A stretch of 64,000 bases of DNA from Macrostomum lignano (Eukaryota), in the NCBI GenBank assembly GCA_002269645.1, contig NIVC01002068.1:143342-207341 (forward strand), in the 5' to 3' direction. The notes under the pieces are model-generated. The model was given only the letters and a program-made list of their open reading frames with translations, was not told the origin of the DNA and did not search any database. The translations under genes were made by a program, and so were the position numbers. Numbering within the stretch: position 1 is the stretch's first letter; each line of letters opens with the position of its first letter. Of the stretch, positions 9,261 through 21,865 are shown in pieces.

Positions 9261-9576
9261 AATTTTGTTTAAAACATGAAAACTAAAAAAGTCTGGCTGA
9301 GTTGGGTAAATTTGGATGCAAAGCGTCATCTGAAGTAAAACTATAGACGGCTCAAAGCAGAGACCGAAACGCTCCATTCGTTTCTTTTTCAATTTCAAAC
9401 TGTTTTCTCCGCGTTTAGTCTTTTATTTGACAATACTGGTGGTCTTGCCAGGAAAAGAGCTGCTGAATAACGTGAACTTGTCTAATGACTTGTCCAATGG
9501 GCACTTAAGGAGCATCTTTACCAATGGGGAGAACTATAAACAGAATTAAGGACATCTTTATGAGTGAGAGGACATT

Positions 9577-10113
9577 TCCAACAGTTTGGGAACATGTCTA
9601 ACAGTTTGGGAACATGTCCAACAGTTTGGGAACATGTCTAACAGTTTGGGAACATGTCCAACAGTTTGGGAACATGTCTAACAGTTTGGGAACATGTCCA
9701 ACAGTTTGGGAACATGTCCAACAGTTTAGGAACATGTCCAACAGTTTGGGAACATGTCCAACAGTTTGGGAACATGTCCAACAGTTTGGGAACATGCCCA
9801 ACAGTTTGGGAACATGTCCAACAGTTTGGGAACATGTCCAACAGTTTGGGAACATGTCCAACAATTTGGGAACATGTCTAACAGTTTGGGAACATGTCCA
9901 ACAGTTTGGGAACATGTCCAACAGTTTGGGAACATGTCCAACAGTTTGGGAACATGCCCAACAGTTTGGGAACATGCCCAACAGTTTGGGAACACGCCCA
10001 ACAGTTTGGGAACATGTCCAACAGTTTGGGAACATGTCCAACAGTTTAGGAACATGTCCAACAGTTTGGGAACATGTCCAACAGTTTGGGAACATGTCCA
10101 ACAGTTTGGGAAC
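9577..10113 (+). repeat. 20-bp minisatellite (CCAACAGTTTGGGAACATGT, ~27 copies); resumes at ~10503-10578
   Basis: Read directly; source of all ORFs from 9598 to 10207. Confidence 0.97.
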
Positions 10114-10502
10114 TGTTATTAGGACGTTAGGAGTTGGAGCACTGATCGGCCCAAGACTGCAGCAGAGCTATCGCTGCTCTTCCCTGTCCCCCGGATGCTT
10201 CGGGTAGACGTCCGGCTTCGCGGCCGGAACGCTCGCCTGTTCTGCGCGTACGCGCCACCTGCCACCCGCCCAGATGAGGCTCAGGACTTCTTCGAGCAGC
10301 TCTCTGCGCGCGTGGAGGAGACTGCGCAGCGCGACACGGTGGTCGTACTCAGAGACCTAAACGCAGTTCCGCGTAGGTCCGAGCGGTCGCTGTTTGTGAC
10401 GCCCCGCGAGAACGGCAACAACCAGGTGCTGCAGGACTTCCTGGAGAGGCAGGATATGGTGTCGGCCAACACCCGCTTCCGCAAGCCACCCAGCAGGCTC
10501 GC
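10114..10502 (+). mobile_element. Non-LTR retrotransposon (LINE) APE-type endonuclease fragment
   Basis: GVGALIG (one frame), then LFCAYAPPA...QDFFEQL...VVVLRDLNA...NGNNQVLQDFL...SANTRFRK: the YAP, GDFNA-like, NxNG and NTxF motifs of L2/RTE-type endonucleases. Frameshifted and flanked on both sides by the 20-bp satellite. Confidence 0.85.
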
Positions 10503-11502
10503 ATTTGGGAACATGTCCAACAGTTTGGGACATGTCTAACAGTTCAGGAACATGTACATCAGTTGGGGAACATGTCCATAAAAACTAATAAAAGGTGTCG
10601 GACAGGGCAAAAGCATGCAGATAAAGAAACACTTCGTTGCATGCATGACAAACCAGCAGTTTCTCAGGAACTGGTGATTGTTTTAGGTTAATGTTTGATT
10701 TTTGGTAAAAGAAAGTATAAGCCAGTTAATCAAAGTAGATTAACTTTTTCAGCAAAAAATATCGTATTAAGGCAGTCTCTTTGACTTTGTATTAATTTGA
10801 ACAAATAATGGAAACACAGATAAAACAGGACAGATCGGGTGCCAGCAGTGATCAAATAATCGCAAATCAGAGAGAATTCTTGAACTATCAAGAATACATC
10901 GCTTAGTTTGTACTGTTAACAAAAAGACAAATTTATAAAAAAATTATCCAGTAACAGTTTAAAGTTAAAAATGCGATAAAAATCGTGCAAGATTAAATTT
11001 TTTATTAGACTGTCTGTTGAGTTGATTGCTAGTTACAGAATGTTGCTTCAACAATCTCTAAAATAAGGTAAGGCTAAAAAAACACAACGGTTGCAGTGAT
11101 GTCACTTGATAATTTTAAGAGCTTGGTACAGAAAAGGGCTGAAAAATATCTGGGATTTTTTTCTGTGCTAAAGAGTCCAATAAGCAGTAAAATATGAGCA
11201 CGAGTGGTAAATAAAGGAGATTAGAGTTTGAGTAAATAGAGGTAAAAAAATTAGCAACTCCGACAGAAATTGAATTTAAGTGGCAAGCGGATAGGTGAAG
11301 GTCAAGTAATTTCTCATTAAATCGGTATTTAATTCAATATCTGCCATCTTCATTCGCATACTGTGTCTGCCTTGATGGATTGCAAATTTTCGAATGAAGT
11401 TATAATGACAGCTTGACCAACTTAACCAGAGTGCAATCAATAAGGCAAGGCGCACGGTCAGGTAAGCTTCAAGACAGCGAGTCACATCAAGGAAATTCAG
11501 CA

Positions 11503-11627
11503 TCAGATATCTGGCTGCTGGCTGTCGCACTGCGCCTTGTAGCGCAGCAGGCACTGCGCCAGGAACTCGATCGGGTCCACGGGCCTCGCGTTCGCTACCT
11601 CGGCCATTGAGCTGGCCAGTGCTGGCT
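11503..11627 (-). CDS. Terminal exon encoding a Dpy-30 dimerisation/docking motif (not in ORF track)
   Basis: Acceptor CATTCCAG at 11628; with the phase-1 donor at 12184 the join reads [47 protein letters not shown], matching the Dpy-30 consensus YLxxxxxPxLxxGLxxxxxxRPxDPIxFLAxYL. Confidence 0.85.
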
Positions 11628-14600
11628 CTGGAATGAAGAAATGGGGGGAATTTTGTAGTGCTCAACGAGTTCCGTAGGGTAAGGAATCTAAAGACACCAC
11701 TATAGAAAGGACTCTGAAGACACCACACTCTGAGAAGGATCTGAATACACCACTCTCGGGGAAGGACCCTGAAGACACCGCTCTCTCAGGAGGCTGAAGA
11801 CACCGCTTTCTGAGCAGGACTCTGAAGACAATACTCTGAGAGAAGGAACCGGAAGAAATCATTGTGGGAAGGACTTTGAGGACACCAATTTGGGAAGGGA
11901 GGACTCTGAACACAGCACTGTGGAAATGACTTTGAGGACACCAATGTGGGAAGGACCTGAAGATACCAATTCTCTGAGAAGGACCCTGAAGACACCACTG
12001 TGGGAAGGAATCTGAAGGCACAATTTTGAGGATTCTGAAAAATCCCACTGGGATGAAATAAGATCAGTAACTTCCCTCAGCGAAGAATCCCAACTTCAAT
12101 TAAGCCTTCCGGAATACATCTAGGGCAATAACGCCTATTAACTACCACGTATTAAGTTGTAATCAACAACCCCTTGAATCTCACTCAGCATGTCCAGGTA
12201 TTCCGGTCTTGGACCAGGTGCTCTCGCCGGCGAACCGACACTCGAGTCTGTATTCGCCTTTTCATCAATCGCCTTCATCGAGTGCATCTGGGCAGCTCCA
12301 TCAGCAGCAACTAGCGGTTGCGGGTCGTGAAGCTCAAACAGCATGATTGGTGCGTTATGCGTCAGCACCAGCAGGTCCCGACCATCTTCCCCAACCAAGC
12401 AGAGTCCGAAAGGATCCGACTCAAACAGGTAGTTTGCAACGCGGCGTCCATCACTGATTACATAGACCTGGAGTGCAGAAATTAAACGCAGTCATTGAGA
12501 AAAGGCATCTTTAGATCGGATTCTTATAAGCGTAAGCATTAAAAGATTTGCCATTCCCAATAACAATCGTTGCTAATCTCACCTGCAAGCCTCGAGGCGG
12601 AACAATTGCGAACATGTCCGAATTGTTCATGGATTCGTCATCGAATACGGCGAACTCCACCTCGTAGGCGGGAAAGTACACCTGGCCAACAAGCAGGCTG
12701 CAGTCTGGCGTGGCCTGCAGTCTAACAAAGTACAAGTCCTCGTCCTGGCTGAGACAGCGGATCACTTCGCCTTTCATGTAGTCCACAATTTGAAGCTTGT
12801 AGTTGACCAGGTGCTGGTTGTCGTGGAGGAAGGCCACTGCGGGTCCCATGTCGAACACTTTGCCGATGGAGTGCTGGAACTGCATCTCGCTGGTCGGAGT
12901 TCCTTTCTCCACGTCGCTGTAGTCGAGGCGCACAACCGCGCCGAGCCAAATCGGAGGAACTCCGACGCCGACGCGAATCTCCTCGGACGCTTTGAGGTGT
13001 TGGCTGAAGGCCAGGTTGAGCGTGCACTTCTCTGGCAGGAACTGAATGTCGACAAGGTCATTGCGATTATTCAATCGCTTTTTTAGAAACTTTTCTTCCT
13101 TCGCTTTCTTAGCCGCTTCCGTCAGCTCTTCTTCATCGCCTTTGGTTTCGGTTGAATTCTCTTCCCTGGTCTCCTGGTTTTCGGAAGGCTCCTTCGTCTC
13201 TTCCTTCTTGTCTTTCTTCCTCTTTTGCTTTTTACTGCCTTTCTTCTTAGATGTCGCCTTTAGACCGCCATAAATGACCTCTGAAAACTCTGAGAGCCTG
13301 TCTAGCTGAATCCACGCTGTGCAAACTCTCTTTGAAGCTGTACTGAACGTGGCACTTAAGTGAAATTAAGCACTGTCGAGATTCATCAAGAAATCCTAAT
13401 TCTAGAGAATTTGATCCATGCGAAATCGGAGTCTGGGCGAAGATGTTGTTCTTTGAGATACGCAGTGAAGCCTGTAGTTCCATTTCTTTGTCACTCGATT
13501 CGTTTTCTGCGTCGACGTGAAATTTGAACTCGACCCCTCCAACTGATTTGGACTTACGACTTTGAAGGAGTTCCTCCTTTGATGTGCTACCAAAAACTTT
13601 TTCTACCAGCTGGTTGCTGATCACTGAGATGCCAACAGAAAAAGGAGCTTTCGGATCGCGGCGAAGCTCAATAATGGGAGGTTTATCCGACAGCCTGAGC
13701 GTCTCTACCTGATCGTCTTCTTTCGAGTCGCGTGAAGAGGACTTCTTAACCACCAGTGTCCGAGTGTTCAATGAAATCAGAGCCTCATTAGTGCGAATGT
13801 CAACCGTGTGACAATCGGTGAGCGCTGTCGCATTCTTACACGGCTTGAACTGAGTATACATTGGAAGCAGTGCATCCTCTTCGCTGTGGTGACTAAGCTT
13901 GTCGGTGAAGTGTTTCAAATTGTACACCTTAGTCATGATGAACATTCGCTCGTCAGAGTCGCCAGCAGACTCGTCAGGAAAATGGCAGATAGTGAAGAAG
14001 TCCGTGCCTTTCGGCTGGCCACAAAGAAAGCTTTCGGCCGTTCCCAGGGAGATTCCTTCCAAAAGTTCGCCAGTTTGCACGGACCACACAAGTAGAAGCA
14101 CCTTAGAACCAGACGTAACTAGCAGTCGCTCGTCTTCGGTAAATTTAGCCTGCGTTCCGTCACCAAAACTTGATGCAGCCTTTTTGAACTTGTCTTGCTC
14201 AGGTGATATTGTCATCCCAACAGCGCGCTTTTCGTCACAGTCATACAACAGACCGCGAAGAACGCTTGTTTGACCGTATAATCTGGACTTTCTCTTCAGA
14301 AGGAAAGTCATTCGACGACGACTTGGGCTTACGAAATTCTGACTGTACTTTATATCGAAGCTTTCCTGAAGGTCCACAATACAAATGGGCTTGAGGCTGT
14401 CAGAGATGGCGAATGTAACGAAAAAAGTACTGTCTTGCTTCCCACTGCCTTCTTCAGCAGATTTTGTTGCGTTTACAATAGCAACGATGTTTCCCTCATG
14501 ATCAATGAGACAGGAGCTAGCAGAAACTTCTTCAGCTTGCTGAAGTAACTCGATGGTCTTCGATTTCAAGTCGGCTTCACTCGCTGCCGGACTTTCGTCC

Positions 14601-17600
14601 GCTTTTGTCTTCTCGTCATTTTCATCCGGTGTCTTTTCTTCTTTCTTATTGTCAGGTTGCTTTAGTGGTGAGTGGCGCCACATGGACTCAAGTTCCGCTT
14701 TGTCAGCTGACTTGAAGATGTCAGGCAAAGAACCTCGAACGATCTCTTTCGTGTTTAAGTTCATGAACACGAGCAATGTTGAGTGGTTGCTGCCTGCCTC
14801 GATCCCAAAGCACAGCAAGTTGTTTTTGCTATCGAGGTTTTGGGTGCCGATTCTTGACGTTCCGCTTGTATTTTCTTCATAAAGCGCAACAAACTTCTTC
14901 TCTCCGAGTGACAGCAGTCTAAGAGTGCTTGTTCCCGTTGAGTCACTCTTTCCCTTGCAACAAAGCACATAGTCCTTTGTCACATATTCTACGTCATCAG
15001 ATGACACACTCCATGATGGGTCCAGAGTCATCAGTTTCGTCACCCTGCCGTTCATGAAGTCGACTCGAACGAGATCTTGCGACTTCTGCGCCTCTTCCTC
15101 TCCAGATATCATCTTCTTCATCATCCCGTCTACGTCCAGCTTCTCCATGATGCTGTCTGGAATCTCTCCAGCGTTGAGCGATTCCATCATGTCTCGCAGC
15201 TCTTGCGGCACATCCTTGTTGCACGCTTCGTATTCTTCGATCTCCTCTTGGATCTTCTTCCGACCCATGTTAAGGACAAGCGCCTGCATGTCGTCCTCGG
15301 TGACACCGGCATTCTTCGAGCGCATCGATAGCACGTGCATTACGCAGTCGCCTGGGATGTATCCAGTCGACATGTACTTCATGCTGAGGAACAGGTTGTA
15401 GTCGGAGCTGAACCGTTTGATCTCATTTCCCTCGATGTCGTACCAGGTGACTTCGTTGTTGATGAGTGAGAAGGACACCAGCTGACCGTTGGGCATGACC
15501 AGTCCCATTCCGAGTCCGAGATCAAAGCTGGAGTAGAGAACTCCAGACCCGGAGTCGAAGCACTGCACCTTCGGGATGAGGCAGCAGTTGCTGAGAGCCT
15601 GTTTCGACTGGCGACACTGGTTGAGCAGCAGCTTCACTCGAGGACAGTCCTTCTCGTACATGATGAGCCGACCGATGAGATCAACGCTCAGATTGACAGG
15701 GTCGTATACGAGACTCTGAGCGGAGAGTCGGATTGCATTGTACACGAGCTCGGCCTCTTTGATGTACTCGACACCGAGCTTCTGCGGGAGGTCGAGGTCT
15801 CTCAGCAGCAGGTACCGAGACGTGCCCTTCAGCTTGTTGAACATGAAGTCGTAGTCAAACACAATGTAGTCGTAGAACTCGTTCACTCGACCGGACTTGA
15901 TGAGGTGCCACGGCAGCTCGTTCAGCTTTCGCAGGTTGTACTGAGCAGTGCCGTCCTCATCTTTGCGGAGCACGAATGGCTGCTCGGGAACGGCTCGGTC
16001 CTCCATTGAGAACTCGGGCAGGTTCTGGAGTGAGAACGAATGCATGAACGGCTCAGTAAGTCGGTTCAGAGAACAGATCAATTTCAGTGCTCATCACTTA
16101 CGAGCTTCTTGCGCAGATAGGCTGGGTACACGAACTTCTTTCTCCTGCCGCTCCACAGACCCAAGAAGTAGTCTGCCATGATAGAGTGAATGTCCCGTCT
16201 GGTCTTTTCGTCCGACAAGAAGTACTCCTGAGCCACCTCGATGAACTGTCGGTGGTACCAGAACACTACCCGGATGTTGTCCGCCTCTCTCTCGACCAGG
16301 TAAGAGCCAATGTCGTGACGCAGTCGAGCCCAGCAGATCGGCGGGATGCGGATGAAGGGCGGCAGGTGATGCTGAAACACGTCAATGAGGACGGCGTCAT
16401 CCAGACTGAGCAGATCCTCCAGCTCCGACTCTGACAGTCCGTTTCTCGATGCAGTGATAAATGCCAGGGCGTGAGAGGTCTGGAAAAACAAATGAGCAGA
16501 GAGAGTCATTCTGACTAGAATAATCCAATCACTGTAGATAAGTGGATAGTTGTGGAATATTCTCACTAGCCTGGGCTACAGTAACTAACACGAACGAAAT
16601 ACTTACAAAAAGCCTGCCGTGCTTCAACTCGAGTTTCTCGAACAGCTGAAATATTGCCTGACGAACGGTGTAGCGCAGAGACGACTCATCTACCTGTTGG
16701 TAAGAGCGCCATCTCAGAACCTCGTGGTACAGCAGGTGAACATAGATTGGCAGTGAGCACTTGGAGAATGCCTGCTCGACCAGAGCCCATTGCTGCTCGT
16801 TCAGAGTGCGACCTTGTTCGCTGAGCAGAGCCGACAAAATGCTGGTGCACAGACTGGTCTCCAGTGGCGTCACCTCCACGTAGATGTCTGGGTTAGGCAG
16901 CTTCCCTTTGAATGTCTTCAGCAAATCGAACATGTTGGGCAGAGTGGACACAACCATCTTCACGTTGGCAGGCAATGGCGTCCGCACCCACGTCAGATGG
17001 TAGGCACCGTCAGAGCTGTCCAGCTGATCAACACTGTCAAGGAACACCAAGATTCTCCTGAACTGGCCCATGCGTTCGAGCATGGAGTAGAAGGTGTTCA
17101 AGATCTCCTTGAAGTCGTCGAGTGACTCGCACTTTTCCTGGTCGTCCTCGTTGCCGAACACAGCGAGCTGACGGCACAGATACTTGAGTGTCTGTCGAAT
17201 GCTCGACGTACCGGGACTGGTGCCGAGGAATCGCAACAGCACGATGGCATCTTTGGAATCGGACTCTGGCAACCAGCTTCGCACCAGACTGGCGGCCTTG
17301 CCAAGTAGAGAGGTCTTGCCGCTGCCCGAGTCGCCGTACACCACCAGAGGCTCCGTTGTGTTGCTCGCTTGCACATAAGCTTTCACCTTGTCGATGATCT
17401 CTTGCCGACCCTGGAACTTCTTCACGTAGTTGACGCATGCAGTCGAGTGCTGCAGCACCTCCGAGTAGAGGTCGTCCGATCGGAGCCGCATGCTCTCCCG
17501 CACGGATTCGGCCACGAGGCGCTTCACATTATCGCAGTAGTCGCTGCCAAACTTTTCCAGATAGTCTTTGTGGCTACTCATGCCCACACCCTCAGCGTCA

Positions 17601-18779
17601 TTGGTCCATTTTAGTGAGTAAGTGAAGGAATTGGATCCCGCCATTCGAGTCAGAACGTGTCTGTTCAACTCCTTGACCATCGCGTTCACAGCTTCATCAA
17701 GAACCTTTACTGCCTCGCCATCTTCGTTCAAAGAGTCGGTCAGGTCGATGAACTTGAACATCTTTCCTCGAGAGAAGTCGCGCTGAGACTCCAGATCAGA
17801 GAATTCTCTCACGAATGCGAGAGCCTGAGCCAACTTTTGCGGAGGTTTTGACAATATTCCGCTGATCACCTCCATCTCGGTGACAGACGCCGTGAACTTC
17901 TTCATTGTCGCGTGCGAGATCAAAGTCTTTTGAAGACACAACTCGGCACCTCTCTTCATGAGTCCGATGATGGAGTCTTGGACAGCTTCCCACCGCTGTC
18001 GAGCAGCTTTCAAGAGCTCCTTGTCCGCCTGGAACAATGAATTACGAGATTAGAGGTTATTAAATTTATCCTTTTGCAAACTCTGAAAAACAAGCGCTGC
18101 ATTAATCGTTAAAAATCACACTTACCGCCTCTGCTAGAGTTGCAATCGGTCTCAGCACGCAGATTGGTGGCTTGTTGTTCTCATCGATCGTGTACCACTC
18201 GTGTAGACACGAGACGTCGCGTCCGTCCTCCTTCAACGCTTCCACGATGTTGTTGAAAACGTCGACCTCGACAAGGGCTGCAGGCGGCTGGTTGCCATAG
18301 CGCTGACCCAGCAGACAGATGAAGTAGGGGCCGGCTGACATGATGAGCGAGTTGTCGATCTCTTGGTAGCACATGTACGGACCCTGGTGGTCGAGCTGTA
18401 CCTCGTCACCGACTCCCCATCGCATGTCGATGGTTTGAAACTCGAGTCCGAAGGAGTCGCGGCAGAACTTTTTCAGCCTTGGATTGACGTGCTGCATGAG
18501 GTAGTTGCGCTCCGTTCCCATGTCCGAGAAGGTGGACGACAGGAAGATGCGCACGACGCGGCTGTTCATGATCGGCAGGTCGTCCAGACGGCCTTTCATG
18601 ACTTTTAGGTAGACTGCTAATGGGTCAAACTCGGTGAGCGCTCCTATCATTTCCGAGTGTTTGGTCAGCCGTTTGTGCAGCGCAGGCCGCTTGGCTGACC
18701 GCACTGGCCGCGAGTGGCGGCTGTGAGCTGAGCCGATCCGTTCGGCCCCTCCCACATCGGAGGGCTCTCGTGAATTCAT
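11503..18779 (-). CDS. NACHT and WD-repeat-type (NWD1/NWD2-like) protein, ~2100 aa: DUF4062-like N-terminus, NACHT NTPase, helical region, divergent beta-propeller region, C-terminal Dpy-30 motif
   Basis: Predicted exons 18779-18126, 18028-16607, 16479-16102, 16024-12583 (frame break or unresolved small intron near 13370), 12467-12185, 11627-11503; all placed junctions are GT-AG with matching phases. Motifs [12 protein letters not shown]...TIDMRWGV; Walker [12 protein letters not shown]; Walker [10 protein letters not shown]; [27 protein letters not shown]; LVFWYHRQF-like; EDRAVPEQP...[13 protein letters not shown]. Confidence 0.85.
11690..12050 (+). repeat. Degenerate ~22-25-bp minisatellite (GGAAGGACTCTGAAGACACC core) in the last NWD-like intron
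   Basis: Recurring GGAAGGAC(T/C)CTGAAGA(C/T)AC units. Confidence 0.75.
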
Positions 18780-21700
18780 GCAAAGGTTTAGTAGCTGTTA
18801 TTGATTTTTAGATGGTAAAACAGAGGAATTAAAGAATTTTAAAATAGTTTGCCAATCTACGATGGAAATAAAGGTTCAAATGGTTTTCCAATTTTATAAG
18901 TCTAAAATATGTATTTTTACTAGGTTCACGAGTGGATTGCACAGTTCGAATGTTTGTTATTTGTATTAGCTATTAAAATTCTGTTTATCAGATACCTACT
19001 TAGATCCTATAAGGAAATTTTAGTTATCCATAGTAATTATCTAGATTAAATAGATTTATTATGGATGAGCTACTTTTTCTCGCAGCTCCAAGGAAGACAT
19101 TAAAAAATTATGCATTATATGTACTTAGTTAAATTGAAATTTGTCAAATAATATGATTTTTGTATTACCTGCTTATTATATCTAAATTTTATGTTTCAAG
19201 GCAAAAATCTATGGAATTGAAAAGGAAAAATTAGATTTTAAAAATATTTCTCTTAATTTATTTTCTCTTAATTTTTAAAAACAAAATATTGGTGTTGGAA
19301 TCTTTTGTAATTAACACGAGAATTTTAGTAAATGCTTTGGAACGAAAGTAAATTTTAGATAGTCTGGTCCCTTCTGTATTCGACTTTAAAAGCCAATAAA
19401 AATTTTCTGAGCACAATTTTTTGTGACAGTATAATTAAAATTAGTTAAAGTTAATTCTGGTTCTTTGAATTATGTCAATTGTTTTGTTGTACATAGATAA
19501 ACTGTTGCAGTAAAAAATATGAGTTAAATATGATTTAAATCGATTAAAGGCAAACTTTCAATACTTAAATTGATGTTTTTGTAAGAAGTAACAATATTCT
19601 TTTTTTAAGAAATAAGAAGAATTAGGAAGTGAGAAAAACTGCAATCTATAAATATGATAAGACTTCGTTGACCTCGATTACGACTTTACTTGGATTTCAA
19701 AATAGTAAACCTTCATGGTTACTTGTTGTCATTAGTTTTACAGGAGGTCTAAAAGATCGTTGTGAAAAAAAGTGTAATATTTATCTGCATTGCACTGTTA
19801 TTGAAATTTTTACTGTGGTTTCCCCATTATCAAACTAGTATTTTTGTTATAACTAAAACAAATGTTATTGCGTATTGAAAAACCCCTTTCCACAGATAAT
19901 AATGCTTTAATCAATACAATACTGCTGGACGGACAATACAATGCAATACTGGAGGACTTGTAGAACTCACAACATTAATAAAAAACTCAAATGATCAATA
20001 TTGGGCTTTTATTCTTTTCAACAAAAATTTGTTTGCATTTTGATGATTTTCACGTTATTGGCGTAGAGGCTATGACCCTTAGAAGGGCCGTTTTACGAGT
20101 TGTCGTAAGTCGTAGTCCCAAAATGAATCGAGTCAAGTCTTGAGAAGCGGATTGTGTAGCGGAGCACTTGGCGTACTAGGCAGGTAACTGCCGTAGTTGT
20201 TTTATTCTTGAGATCAATATTCAAATTGGTTAATGTTAATACAGAACTTATTGCGCTTTTGGGACACTGGCGGCTGCAATAATGGTTTTGAATTGAAGGT
20301 GAATTAGAAATTGTAGTCGAGTGGTAGGCGAGTGATGCAAGGCGATGCAACGTGGTGAGTAACGGCGATGAGCACAGCAATGGCGGATGCGTAGTGGTGA
20401 GATTGGCGTTAGCCGTGGCAGACAGTGGCAGGCAGTGTAAACAGGCTGGCCCAGACACAGGAGCCGTGGCGAGAGATAAGGAGGCAGACAGAAGGCAGGA
20501 GAAGGGGCAGAAATGAGGAGCCCGCCGCCAGGCGGGGGTTAATAAAGAGCGCAGAGGGCTAGCAAAATACACGCGGAGATTTTTCATTGGCTGGCGAGAG
20601 AACTTGAAATTATCGATCGTGCCAAAATTCACAGACGAGCGCAAGGCCTACCAAATACACAGTGAATTAGCAGTTGATACAGATTATTTGCACGCTACTA
20701 CAAGTAAACGTTAAAATAAACTATTGGAGAAATTAAAACGAGAAATTGCAAGGGAAACTATAGTCCAACGGCCCTTTTGCGGGACCACTTAAACTAGCAA
20801 CGTCACAATGATGTCATCTTTCATTCGGGCTTATATTTTTGCATGCAAGCAACCAGTTTTTAATCCTTTCTTCACTTTATGAAAAATTGTTAGGAATATA
20901 TTCAAACTCGCATTTTTCTTGCATTTTCATGCATGTATAAAACCTACTTTCACATACCACTTAATGCATTTAAAGAAGGCAGCTTATAGATGCGACTTTA
21001 CGTTAGTGATCAATTGTCAATCAATATATACATATATACATGTACAATAACAGTTAATTTTTCTCGCAGTATTTTGTTATTTGTTTATTTAGCTCATGGA
21101 TTTGGTTTTTTGCAGTAAAAGCTGAAACTATATGCCTTCTTGTTTGAAGTGTTTAGACTTTTATGCCGTGTTTTCACGTTCATCCGCGTAAATAAATTAT
21201 TTTCGCTTCGCAATTCGAAAAAAACAAATCGCTTAAAACAAGCACATTTTATTAACTTTATGATATGGTACCTGAGTGTCAGATCGGTGTGAAATATACA
21301 TGTAATCGCTATATGATTAAATAGATCACTAATCGATACTATCACTTGCCTTGTAGTACATGTAGTACATGTAATGGCCGCGCCCATATACTGTATGGCT
21401 ACGACTAGAGCCCTTGGCAATAGCGGCCTTTGTACTGGTGCCCACGGCGCTTTCCACGAAATCATAAATCAGCGTAACATGGCTCATCTGGCTTTGACAC
21501 CCATGCTAATTAAATGGCGCGTCACCTGCTGGGTCAAATCGTCGTCTCTATGATGGCTGCTACCAAGGAGAGAAATCCTGGAAATTTAACACAGAGCACA
21601 GGCTAAATTTTTCTACAGGGGTGCATCTTCATGTCGGAGCTATTATAGTGCCTCCACGTACAGTCAGTCAGCCTTAAATGCTTTCAACCCAAGAGTATCG

Positions 21701-21865
21701 CATGCAGCTCTGTACTCGCCACCACTCAGATAACAATGGAGCCTATTCAAGCTGAGCCAGCATTTTCACTAGCCGAATTCAGTTTATACATCTTATTTAA
21801 CCCACCCATCTCTGCTAGATTTAATCTTCTATGTTGTACGCTTAAGCACACTTTATAAAAGTAAG

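Noticed and set aside
6737-9279. Plus-strand and alternative-frame ORFs over the Gypsy element
   Set aside because: Antisense or off-frame shadows of GC-rich pol sequence.
12138-12184. Stop at 12138 as the true end of the NWD-like gene
   Set aside because: A phase-1 GTGAG donor at 12184 matches an acceptor at 11628 and completes a Dpy-30 motif, though an alternative short isoform cannot be excluded.
12722-18608. Many short ORFs overlapping the NWD-like exons
   Set aside because: Shadow ORFs caused by GC3-rich codon usage.
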